NCBI GenBank assembly: GCA_963833365.1 | Contig: CAWHXS010000012.1 | Location: 166,767 to 230,766, forward strand | Reading direction: 5' to 3' | Origin: an uncultured Gemmatimonadales bacterium | GTDB taxonomy: Bacteria; Gemmatimonadota; Gemmatimonadetes; Gemmatimonadales; GWC2-71-9 | DNA: 64,000 bases | Shown: piece after piece, positions 8,899-17,266 of the stretch | How positions within the stretch are numbered: position 1 is the stretch's first letter | Layout: each line of letters starts with the position of its first letter | Notes under the pieces: generated by a model | What the model was told of the DNA's origin: nothing | The model's database searches: none | What the model saw: the letters and a program-made list of their open reading frames with translations, nothing else | Made by a program: the position numbers and the translations under genes

Positions 8899-9437
8899 TT
8901 CGTCTCTTGCACCCCTTCGCGGTGATTGGCCAGGCGGGCCAGCGTGAAAAGCAGGTCGGACAGCCGATTGAGATAGACTACGAAGAGTGGGGGCACCGCG
9001 GTGTCACGGGAAAGCCCCACGATGGAACGCTCCGCCCGCCGGCACACGGTTCGCGCGAGATGCAACGCCGCCGCCTTGGCGCTGCCGCCAGGAAGGACGA
9101 ACGCCGTGAGTGGAGGCAACTCGCGATCGGCCTCATCGATGGCTCGTTCCATCACGGCGACCCGCTCCTCCGAGAGACCCGCCTTTTCCAGCGCCTTACG
9201 CACCTTCTCCGGATCGGGACTCGCCAGCTGGCCCCCGATCGCGAAGAGGTCACGCTGGATGCTTTCGAGCAATTCATCGAACAGGGCAACCGGGGCCGCG
9301 GTTCGCGCGACGCCGATCGTGGAGTTGAGCTCATCCACTTCTCCGTATGCATCGACCCGGGGATCGTCCTTCGGCACCCGTCCTCCGCCAAAGAGACCGG
9401 TGTCGCCTTCGTCTCCCGTCTTGGTGTAGATCTTCAT
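8892..9437 (-). CDS. PduO-type ATP:cob(I)alamin adenosyltransferase
   Basis: ORF 8892..9608 trimmed to Met58 (MKIYTKTGDEGDTGLFGGGRVPKDDPRVDAYGEVDELNSTIG), the typical PduO/MMAB N-terminus. Confidence 0.85.
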   Translation of the reverse strand: MKIYTKTGDEGDTGLFGGGRVPKDDPRVDAYGEVDELNSTIGVARTAAPVALFDELLESIQRDLFAIGGQLASPDPEKVRKALEKAGLSEERVAVMERAIDEADRELPPLTAFVLPGGSAKAAALHLARTVCRRAERSIVGLSRDTAVPPLFVVYLNRLSDLLFTLARLANHREGVQETKW

Positions 9438-9453
9438 CCCGATTCCGGGTTCG

Positions 9454-9978
9454 TCATTGGCGCTCGATACGGTAGAGCAGGACCTCATCGATGTCCTCTT
9501 CCCACACCGTTGCGAATATCTCCATCCCGACTTTCTCGGCCACTCGGCGCGCCGGCCAGTTGTCGGGCGGGATGCTGGCGCAGACCCGGGTGACACCGGG
9601 CTGGGCAAGCGCCCATTCCACGAGCGCCCGGGTCGCTTCCGAGGCGTAGCCTTTCCGATCCGCTCCTTGATACGTGGAGTAGCCGATCATCACGGCGCCT
9701 TCGGGATCGGGCGGGCCGCCGAAGCCAAGGGCACCCGTCACCCGGCGCGAGTCCCGCTCCACAGCGAGCCAGGTCCACCAACCAAGGGTCGTCGGCGCGG
9801 CGCGAAGCCGGTCTCGCACCTCGGGGAGCAGCTCTTCCATCAACGGCGGCGGCCGAAGCGGTTCGGGAAACTCGAGTCCGGTGATTTCCCGCAATCGCCT
9901 CTGGTCCCGCGCCAGCAGCAGATCGATGGCATCGGGAGTGAAGGGAATCAGCTCGAGCCGATCGGTTCCAATCAACAC
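9454..9978 (-). CDS. GNAT family N-acetyltransferase (RimJ/RimL-like)
   Basis: 174 aa. Starts DRLELIPFTPDAI. The acetyl-CoA-binding region is YQGADRKGYASEATRALVEWAL. Confidence 0.75.
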   Translation of the reverse strand: MLIGTDRLELIPFTPDAIDLLLARDQRRLREITGLEFPEPLRPPPLMEELLPEVRDRLRAAPTTLGWWTWLAVERDSRRVTGALGFGGPPDPEGAVMIGYSTYQGADRKGYASEATRALVEWALAQPGVTRVCASIPPDNWPARRVAEKVGMEIFATVWEEDIDEVLLYRIERQ

Positions 9979-11063
9979 GGACCATCCACCTCCGCTGCGG
10001 CTACGACCGTATTGCTCCGTGGCTCCAGCACCGTCCAGAGTACCGCGTCATCGGCAACGTCCACCTGCTCCATCCAGAGATAGTCGCGCTGAAAGGCGAA
10101 TCCGCTCATTGCATCGAGCCGCCGCCAGAAGAAAGGAGGCCAGGACTTCCAGGGCCGAAGCCTTCCGTAGCGGAACTCCAGCAGAGTGGGAGCAAAAACG
10201 AATTGGCGCCAGACCAGGGAGGCGTCCCACACCATGACCGTCGCCGCCACGAGCGGGGTCCCCGAGCCGGTTCGGCGTTGTTCCCGCAGTGAGACAGCGT
10301 AGCGTACCCGGCCGTCCTCCAGCTGGAACGCCAGAACATCGGCCGCATCGATGTCTTCCAGGGTATTCACCTCAGGCCGGACTCCTGCGACCGACACGAG
10401 CGGCAGGTCCCGCGAGGAGAGCCGCGATTGAAGCACCGAATCCATTGCGGCGGCGGTCGCCGCGAGAAGCGTGTCCACGAGCGGGCCGTCCGGCTCGGTC
10501 GGTGGGCTGCGATACCCGTGATCTCCCTGCCAGCTGTCTCGCGAATCCCGGAAGGATCCGATTACCGGACCGCGGAGCGATGGATTGGAGCCGACCGGAT
10601 CGACGATGAATTCCACCTGAGTCCCGCGCCAGCCGCAGCGGCTGCCATGCAGCAGGATGGTCTCCAGCTGTACGGCGGTGTGGCCGTCGGGTGAGCCGGT
10701 CACCATCGGCTGGTTGGCGAGGATCGCATCGCGACGCGGATCCACGTTGATGGCGTAGGTGCCCTGACGGTCCAGCCACTCCCACACCGTTGAGCCCCGC
10801 TGGTTGACCGGGCGATAGCGCCTGACCAGAGCGGCGACCAGCCCCGTGTCGCTGGAGAGAAGATGGACCCGGCGGCTGGTGCCCTCGCCTACGAAGCTTC
10901 CCACGATGGCGCCGGTCGAATCCAGCCGGGCGTCGCTGGAAATTTCCGCTGCTTGAAGTGGAACCGGTGGTCTTTCCTTGAATACCTCTTCTACGAATTT
11001 TCCAAGATTGCTGCACCCCTGAAGCAGGACACCGCCGAGCAGAGCGAGTCTGATTGGCTTCAT
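9972..11063 (-). CDS. hypothetical lipoprotein
   Basis: 363-aa ORF. MKPIRLALLGGVLLQGC gives a lipobox. No family recognised. Its ATG overlaps the fprA stop (ATGA). Confidence 0.6.
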   Translation of the reverse strand: MKPIRLALLGGVLLQGCSNLGKFVEEVFKERPPVPLQAAEISSDARLDSTGAIVGSFVGEGTSRRVHLLSSDTGLVAALVRRYRPVNQRGSTVWEWLDRQGTYAINVDPRRDAILANQPMVTGSPDGHTAVQLETILLHGSRCGWRGTQVEFIVDPVGSNPSLRGPVIGSFRDSRDSWQGDHGYRSPPTEPDGPLVDTLLAATAAAMDSVLQSRLSSRDLPLVSVAGVRPEVNTLEDIDAADVLAFQLEDGRVRYAVSLREQRRTGSGTPLVAATVMVWDASLVWRQFVFAPTLLEFRYGRLRPWKSWPPFFWRRLDAMSGFAFQRDYLWMEQVDVADDAVLWTVLEPRSNTVVAAAEVDGPC

Positions 11064-12430
11064 CCGAGGGCCCCCATCATGTCGGCGACGGTGGTGAACT
11101 TGAGTCGGGGCCGGCCGAGGGCGGCTCCGCGCTCGCGCTCGATCTGATCCAGTTTTCGCCAGTCGTTCCAGGTCACCACCCGCACGCCGCGCTGCTCGAG
11201 CATGCGGTCTATTTCGTCCCGAGGGGAAAGGCTCCGCTCCAGCTTGCCTGCTGTGAAGTCCTCCAGCAGATGATCCGTGGTCTCCGTCGCGTCGGGCTTG
11301 TTGGTTCCGATCACCCCGGTAGGGCCCCGCTTGATCCAGCCCACGACGTACTCGCCCTGGCCGGCCGTGCCGGGAGCGGTCACCACTCTGCCTCCTTCGT
11401 TCGGCATGATGCCGCGCTTCGCATCGAAGACGACACCGGGAATTCCGGTGCCGAGATAGCCAACGGAGCGGAAGACGAGTCCGGCAGGGATGACCTCGGT
11501 TTCGCCGGTGGGTTCCGCGCGAAGGTCTCCATTGGCGGTCGCGACCAGGCGATTCCGGGCCAGTTTCACTGCTTCCACTCTGCCGTCGCCGTGCAATTCC
11601 AGCGGTGACAGCAGGAACCGCAAGTGGATCCGCATCGGCTTCCCTTCCTGCGGTTTCGAGGCGAAGGCCTCCAGTGTATGCAGGTTCTTCTCTGGTGTGC
11701 GCTCTTCGGCCCGGGCCAGGCTAGCCCGGCTCTCTTCATCGAGCACCAGCTCGTTCGGGAGTACGACGATGTCGGCGCCGGGCATCTCGCCCAGCTCTTT
11801 GAGCTCCGGATTGGTGAATGCCGCCTGGACCGGTCCGCGGCGGCCGATCATGTAGACGTTCTTCACCCCGCTGTTCCGGAGCGCCTCGAGGGCGTAGGGA
11901 GCGATGTCGGTCTTGGCCAGCTCCTCGGGCGTGCGCGACAGGACCCGGGTCACGTCCACGGCGACATTCCCGACGCCGATCACCACGACGTTTTCCTGCG
12001 AAAGGTCGAAGCTGTGGTCCTGGTAGTCGGGATGGCTGTTGTACCAGCCCACAAACTCGGTGGCGGCGTGGCTCCCGGCCAGGTGTTCTCCCGGGATGCC
12101 CAGGGCGCGGTCGCTCTGCGCCCCGAACGCATAAATGACGGCATGGTAGTGATCGAGCAATTCCTCACGGGTGAGATCCCGCCCGATGAGGACGTTGCCC
12201 AGAAACCGAACGCCGGGCAGCGAACCGATCTTCTCGTAGACCCGGGTAACCGACTTGATCTTCTGATGATCCGGTGCCACTCCGCCGCGCACCAGGCCAA
12301 AGGGAGTCGGAAGCCGATCGAAGAGATCGATTTCTACTCCTGGGTGCTTCTTCAGCAGATGTTCCGCGGCGTAGAATCCCGACGGCCCGGTGCCGACGAT
12401 CGCCACCCGCAATGGATTGGGGGAATTCAT
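11060..12430 (-). CDS. fprA: FprA/adrenodoxin-reductase-type NADPH-ferredoxin reductase
   Basis: 456 aa. Starts VAIVGTGPSGFYAAEHLL (FAD Rossmann fold). Contains FDRLPTPFGLVRGGVAPDH and a second NADP-binding motif, VVVIGVGNVAVDV. Confidence 0.85.
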   Translation of the reverse strand: MNSPNPLRVAIVGTGPSGFYAAEHLLKKHPGVEIDLFDRLPTPFGLVRGGVAPDHQKIKSVTRVYEKIGSLPGVRFLGNVLIGRDLTREELLDHYHAVIYAFGAQSDRALGIPGEHLAGSHAATEFVGWYNSHPDYQDHSFDLSQENVVVIGVGNVAVDVTRVLSRTPEELAKTDIAPYALEALRNSGVKNVYMIGRRGPVQAAFTNPELKELGEMPGADIVVLPNELVLDEESRASLARAEERTPEKNLHTLEAFASKPQEGKPMRIHLRFLLSPLELHGDGRVEAVKLARNRLVATANGDLRAEPTGETEVIPAGLVFRSVGYLGTGIPGVVFDAKRGIMPNEGGRVVTAPGTAGQGEYVVGWIKRGPTGVIGTNKPDATETTDHLLEDFTAGKLERSLSPRDEIDRMLEQRGVRVVTWNDWRKLDQIERERGAALGRPRLKFTTVADMMGALG

Positions 12431-12446
12431 GGCGGGGGAAGTTAAT

Positions 12447-12600
12447 AGCCGTCAGGCGTCAGCCGTCAGCCGTCAGCCGTCAGCCGTCAGCCGTCAGCCG
12501 TCAGCTATAAGCCGTAGGCCGAGAGCTGTTAGCTGTTAGCCATTATCCGCGGTACTCGTTTCTAGGTACTCGTTCCTAGGTACTCGGTACTCGGTACTAT
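12447..12600. repeat. 22 consecutive heptamer units in one register (AGCCGTC, AGCTGTT, GTACTCG families)
   Basis: AGCCGTC-type units run from 12447 to 12502. Degenerate AGCNNNN units run from 12503 to 12551. GTACTCG alternating with TTYCTAG runs from 12552 to 12600. The sixA stop (12597-12599) lies in the last unit. Confidence 0.9.
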
Positions 12601-13088
12601 TCCCCCTTAGGCCTCCAGAAGAACATCAGTCTTCCCGCGCCACCTTCGACTGTCTCGAGTTCGATCCCGATCACGCCGCTCTTGGGGAAATCGATCTGCA
12701 GCCGGGACGTACTGGAGGTAAGAAGGCGGGAGGCGAGCTCTCCCAGCCACGGCTCGTGGCCGACCAGGGCGATCATGGCCTCATCCCCTGGTGTGCCGAT
12801 GACCTCGGCGAACCGCTCGATCCGCGGCATGGTTGCCAACGGCTCGCAAGCCTCCGGCATTAGTCCTTCGTCCTCGAACTCCTGGGCTACGACCTCCGCC
12901 GTCTGCCACGCTCGAACCCACGGACTGCTGAGCAGGACCGTCGGGATGTAGCCGCGGCGGCGCAGCCGCTTCGCCATCTTCGCCGTTTGCCGGCTGCCCT
13001 GTTTGGTCAGGGGCCGCTCGGTGTCATCGGGCCACTTGGTCTCGTCGCGGGAGCCCGCGTCCCCGTGGCGGAGGAGGAGCAGAAGCAT
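12597..13088 (-). CDS. sixA: phosphohistidine phosphatase SixA
   Basis: 163 aa. Starts MLLLLLRHGDAG (RHG catalytic motif). Histidine phosphatase fold of SixA size, with LVGHEP. Confidence 0.8.
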   Translation of the reverse strand: MLLLLLRHGDAGSRDETKWPDDTERPLTKQGSRQTAKMAKRLRRRGYIPTVLLSSPWVRAWQTAEVVAQEFEDEGLMPEACEPLATMPRIERFAEVIGTPGDEAMIALVGHEPWLGELASRLLTSSTSRLQIDFPKSGVIGIELETVEGGAGRLMFFWRPKGE

Positions 13089-13106
13089 TCTGTTGTCCCT
13101 TCTGGA

Positions 13107-13175
13107 GCCATAAGCCTTAAGCCATAAGTGCGTGCGCGCCGGAAAGATTGTGGCTTATGGCCTATGACTTATGGC
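13107..13175. repeat. heptamer-arm hairpin (GCCATAAG / CTTATGG family)
   Basis: GCCATAAGCCTTAAGCCATAAG (13107-13128) pairs with CTTATGGCCTATGACTTATGGC (13154-13175) at 19/22 positions. The loop is 25 nt. Located between the dacB stop and the sixA start. Confidence 0.85.
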
Positions 13176-13185
13176 ACTGAACCTG

Positions 13186-14775
13186 TCACTTCTTCATCTT
13201 CGAGGCCGCTTTCGCAAGTGCAACGACCACGCTGTCAATCTCGGGCAACATCGTCTTCCCGCCCAGCACATGGTGATTCGCCTGCACCGAGAAGGTGTAG
13301 GTCTTGCCGTTGTTCAGCTCGAAATAGCCCGAGAGCGTGTTGACTCCGCTGATGCTGCCCGTCTTGGCCCAGACCTTCCCTTCGAGCGGTGTCGCGACGA
13401 ACCGGCGCAGGAGCGATCCGGTATTGCCGGATTGCGGCAGGCCGGCGACGAATGTCGGGAAATTTGGGTGGCTGCGCATGAAGAGCAGCAGCTTCGTAAA
13501 CGTGAGGGGAGAGACGAAGTTCACGCTCGAGAGACCGGAGCCATCGCTCAGGCTGAACTGGGTTGAGTCCGCTCCGATTGAGTCAATGAGAAAGCGGCGT
13601 TCGACCTCGATGCCTTCCGACCAGGAGCCCGCCTTCCCGAACTGCTTGCCCAGCTCCTTGAGCAGCATTTCGGCGTACCAGTTCTGGCTGGTGTTGAGGA
13701 TCGGGAAGACCCAGTCCCGCAGCGGGCGTGATTTGAGCTCGGCGAGGGGAGGCGCGGCCCGCGCACTGGCATACTTGACCGAGTCGGTCGTCGAACGGGT
13801 GGTCCCCAGGATGCTGATACCCGCCTCGTTCAGCATGCGGCGGAAAGCCCGCGCGGTGAACAGATTCGGATCGGGCATCGCGAAATATTCCGTTCCGCCT
13901 TTGCTGTCGGCCGCGACGTTGCCCTGGGCCCAGAGCGTCATCGAGTCGGGGATCCGGAAGAAATCGATGGTGTCGTCGCTGCCGGAGGCGCCGGTTTGAG
14001 TCCGGTTCTCCAGCGTGACGTCTCCGACATCCGGCGTCATGCTGATCGAAGCGGGGGCGGATTCCGCTCGTCCCGGCTCCCAGGCGAGGTCCACACTGTT
14101 GTCATTGAAGCCCAGCCCCGAGACCGGCGCCGCGTACCACCAGCTCAGGTCATAGCTCTCCCAGCCCGGGTGGATCAGCTCGCCGTCGAACCAGCTTCCG
14201 TCGCCGATGAGATCTCCATGCACCACCTTGAGCCCCCGTGCGCTGAGCGACTCCGCCAACGCGCGGTATGGAGCGAAGGGATCGCTATCGCAGACTCCGG
14301 GGAGGGTGCTGTCCGTCGCGTAGCAGCGAATCCCCGAGAACGGCGATCCACGGCCGTACAGAATGAGGTCTCCGTCCAGGGTGCCGCGGGTCATCGGCCC
14401 GCTCCCGTACACGCTGGTCGTGACCGTCCAATCGGGAGCCAACCGGGCCGAACCCACGGCACTCACAACCAGCTTGGTATTGCTGGCCGGGACAAAGAGC
14501 CGGTCGGCGTTTCTCCCGTAGAGCACCTTGCCCTTGTCATCCACCAGGGCAACGCCCCAGAAGTGCCGGTTGAATGGCGGCGTGTCGAGCAGGGCATCGA
14601 TGCGTTTGGTTTCCGACTTGGACAGCTGGCCAGAAAGGGTGGGCACGACGGACAGGGCGATCAGGACGGACAGGGCGGTCGCGACCAGCAATCTCTGGAT
14701 TGCGCTGTCCGCCCCGTCCGCCCTGTCCGCCTTGTCCGCCTCATTCAAACGCCAACCGTGGATCCGCTTTAGCAT
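13186..14775 (-). CDS. dacB: D-alanyl-D-alanine carboxypeptidase/endopeptidase (PBP4, peptidase S13)
   Basis: ORF 13186..15042 trimmed to Met90 (MLKRIHG...). Signal peptide LLVATALSVLIALSVVPTLSG. SxxK motif in PASNTKLV. Full-length S13 similarity. Confidence 0.85.
   Translation of the reverse strand: MLKRIHGWRLNEADKADRADGADSAIQRLLVATALSVLIALSVVPTLSGQLSKSETKRIDALLDTPPFNRHFWGVALVDDKGKVLYGRNADRLFVPASNTKLVVSAVGSARLAPDWTVTTSVYGSGPMTRGTLDGDLILYGRGSPFSGIRCYATDSTLPGVCDSDPFAPYRALAESLSARGLKVVHGDLIGDGSWFDGELIHPGWESYDLSWWYAAPVSGLGFNDNSVDLAWEPGRAESAPASISMTPDVGDVTLENRTQTGASGSDDTIDFFRIPDSMTLWAQGNVAADSKGGTEYFAMPDPNLFTARAFRRMLNEAGISILGTTRSTTDSVKYASARAAPPLAELKSRPLRDWVFPILNTSQNWYAEMLLKELGKQFGKAGSWSEGIEVERRFLIDSIGADSTQFSLSDGSGLSSVNFVSPLTFTKLLLFMRSHPNFPTFVAGLPQSGNTGSLLRRFVATPLEGKVWAKTGSISGVNTLSGYFELNNGKTYTFSVQANHHVLGGKTMLPEIDSVVVALAKAASKMKK
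14705..14740. repeat. 9-nt tandem repeat GTCCGCCNN x4 inside the dacB 5' coding region
   Basis: Units at 14707-14715, 14716-14724, 14725-14733 and 14734-14740. On the coding strand they encode (A-D-X)4, as in EADKADRADGADSA. Confidence 0.8.
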
Positions 14776-15166
14776 AGAGGAGATCGGTAAGAAGATTGAC
14801 CAGCACGAAAACGTGACAAAGAAAGAGGTGCGGAGCGCCGTGGTGTCCCCCGCCGAGTACGCCCGTGCCCCCTGAATTGGAAAGATCGGCCAGGCCCGTC
14901 GGCCCTTGAGAGTAGGATCCAGGGCCCGGAGGAAGTTCGCGGGCACTTGGCCGGCCGGACAGGCCGCCGGTAGTGGAACTTCTCGTTGGACCGCAGGTGG
15001 AATGTGTAATGCAGACCAGGGCGCATGACGCGACTTCACCACCAGTCCGCCCGGTGCGCCAAACCTCGTTGACTCTTTGGTCTAACTCCGCCAAACTACA
15101 GCACTTAAACGATGCCGTCAATCACGGTACGGACCCGTCCCGGGGCAGGCTCATCTGTCTGATTTT

Positions 15167-17266
15167 GTGACGCGCCTCTTCGGCATCGTCGGGTGCTTGG
15201 TGATGTGTACCGCTGTCTTGCAGGCTCAGGATACGGTCAGGGTCGTGCGCGGGTTGGACTTCGAAGGGAACAAGTCCATCGACGATTACTCGCTGAGCGC
15301 CGCAATCGGGACAACCAATTCGAACTGGTTTGCCCGCACCCCACCCTTCAAATGGATCGGGCTGGGCGAGAAGCGTGAGTTCGACGAGATCGAGTTCCGG
15401 CGTGACGTCCTGCGGATCATCCTGTTCTACCGGCAGAGCGGCTTCATGGAAGTTCAGGTCGACACTGTGGTCAAGCGGACTCCCACCAACGTGAAGGTGA
15501 AATTCCTGATCAAGGAAGGCCCTCCGATCGTCGTGACCTCGTTCACGATCACCGGTCTCGATTCCGTGCCGAACCGGAAGGACATCACCGACGAGCTTCC
15601 ACTGCTGGAGGGCAAGCCGTTCAACCGCTTCCTGTTTCAGGCCAGCTCCGACACGCTGCTCCAGCGCCTTCGAAACAAGGGCTACCCATCGGTTGAAGTA
15701 TTCCGCAACTACACGGTGGACCGGGTCGAGCGAAAGGCGACTGTCTCGGTCGGCGTGGTGGCCGGTCCCCGTGCCCGAATCGGTCCGATCGCGGTGCAGG
15801 GAAGCGAACGAGTAGACTCGGTCTTCGTTCGCCAGCTGCTGACGCTGCGACCGGGGGCCCGGTATTCCCAGGAGCGACTCTTCGAAAGTCAGCGAAAGCT
15901 TTACCAGACCGAATTGTTCCGGCTCGCCACCGTGAAGGTGGATTCCAGCAAGTGGCAGCCCGGCGACACACTGGTTCCCCTGACGGTGGACCTGCGTGAC
16001 GGGCTGAGGCACCGGATCCGCAGCAGTGTCGGATACGCCACGGAAGACTGCTTTCGCGGTGGAGTGGGCTGGACCGACCGCAATCTGCTTCGAACCGGAC
16101 GTCTCTTCGATATCAGCGGCAGAGTCTCCAAGGTGGGAGTCGGAACTCCCACCGACTGGGGTCTGGAGAATTCGATCTGTTCCGGCCTGGTGGATGACAC
16201 GATCGGCTCCTCCAAGCTCAACTACAACGTCACCGGCTCGGTCCGGCAGCCGCGCTTCGTCTCCCCGATTATCGCCGGAACCTTCGCCCTCTTCGCCGAG
16301 CGCCGGTCAGAGTTCGAGGTCTACCGGCGGGAGGAGATCGGCCTCAGCGCTACGCTGTTGCGGGAAGACTATCACCGGGTCCCGATCACCGTGGGGTACA
16401 AGCTCTCCTACGGACGCACCACCGCGAGCGCGGCCAGTTTCTGCGCGTTCTTCAACGCCTGTACGCCTCAGGATGCGCAGCGCCTCGCGGAGCGCCGGGT
16501 GCTCGGCATCTTTGGCGCGGGCATCGCCTGGCCCCGTTCCAACAATCCGCTGGATCCGACCCGGGGTCACGTGTACTCGATTGAGAGTGCGGTGAGCTCG
16601 CCCCTCACCGGGTCGGATGACTTCGAGGAATTCCTCCGGTTCACGGGAGACGGCTCCTGGTACAAGCAGGTCGGTCAAGTCGTGTTCAGCTGGCACCTCC
16701 GGGGCGGAATCATGTTTGCCCCATCGGTGTCGCTTGATAGTGCCTCGGGCAATTTCATTCCGCCGGAAGAGCGCTATTACGCCGGCGGGCCGAATGACGT
16801 CCGGGGCTACAATGTGAATGAGCTTGGTCCGGTGGTGTACGTGTACCCGGCCGATAGCCTGACCCTGGGGCTGCAGGACTCGCTGGCCCGTGGTCTGGTC
16901 CAGCCGAGATTCTCCGCCACCGGTGGAAACACCGTGACTATCGGGCAATTCGAGGTGCGGGTGCCGTCTCCGATCTGGTCGTCCCGAGTCCGGCTCGCCG
17001 CCTTCGTGGATGCCGGAAGTCTGTGGGAGCGGGGCAAGGGAAACCTGGCACCCTTTACTCTGCGGATCACGCCGGGGTTCGGTATCCGTATCGCGACACC
17101 GCTGGGGCCGGCCCGTCTCGATGTGGGTTACAACCATTACGACCGGCAGACCGGCCCGCTGTATCTCGAGCGGACTGACGGCACACTGGTGCTGGTGCAG
17201 GACGATTTCAAGCAGGAGCGGCCCAGCCATTTCACGTTTCACTTCACCTTCGGGCAGCCGTTCTGA
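15167..17266 (+). CDS. tamA: TamA/BamA-family outer-membrane protein (Omp85, POTRA domains)
   Basis: 699 aa with a signal peptide, POTRA repeats, a C-terminal bacterial surface antigen barrel, and a terminal aromatic residue (FGQPF). Its TGA overlaps the tamB ATG. Confidence 0.8.
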   Translation: MTRLFGIVGCLVMCTAVLQAQDTVRVVRGLDFEGNKSIDDYSLSAAIGTTNSNWFARTPPFKWIGLGEKREFDEIEFRRDVLRIILFYRQSGFMEVQVDTVVKRTPTNVKVKFLIKEGPPIVVTSFTITGLDSVPNRKDITDELPLLEGKPFNRFLFQASSDTLLQRLRNKGYPSVEVFRNYTVDRVERKATVSVGVVAGPRARIGPIAVQGSERVDSVFVRQLLTLRPGARYSQERLFESQRKLYQTELFRLATVKVDSSKWQPGDTLVPLTVDLRDGLRHRIRSSVGYATEDCFRGGVGWTDRNLLRTGRLFDISGRVSKVGVGTPTDWGLENSICSGLVDDTIGSSKLNYNVTGSVRQPRFVSPIIAGTFALFAERRSEFEVYRREEIGLSATLLREDYHRVPITVGYKLSYGRTTASAASFCAFFNACTPQDAQRLAERRVLGIFGAGIAWPRSNNPLDPTRGHVYSIESAVSSPLTGSDDFEEFLRFTGDGSWYKQVGQVVFSWHLRGGIMFAPSVSLDSASGNFIPPEERYYAGGPNDVRGYNVNELGPVVYVYPADSLTLGLQDSLARGLVQPRFSATGGNTVTIGQFEVRVPSPIWSSRVRLAAFVDAGSLWERGKGNLAPFTLRITPGFGIRIATPLGPARLDVGYNHYDRQTGPLYLERTDGTLVLVQDDFKQERPSHFTFHFTFGQPF

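Noticed and set aside
12447-12600. Could the tandem-repeat tracts (here and at 24050, 37940, 61810, 63559) be CRISPR arrays?
   Set aside because: The units are only 7 nt (or 9 nt) and directly abutting, with no unique spacers of about 30 nt. There is no leader and there are no cas genes in the window.
14900-14965. GGAGGAAGTTCGCGGGC resembles the RNase P RNA P4 segment (GAGGAAAGTCCGGGC), and CCCGGAGGAAG vaguely resembles the SRP RNA GGAA-tetraloop helix.
   Set aside because: The other universally conserved RNase P elements (ACAGAA...ACCGCC, the 3' CCCGGCTTA region) are absent on both strands. The SRP-like segment cannot form the conserved symmetric-loop helix.
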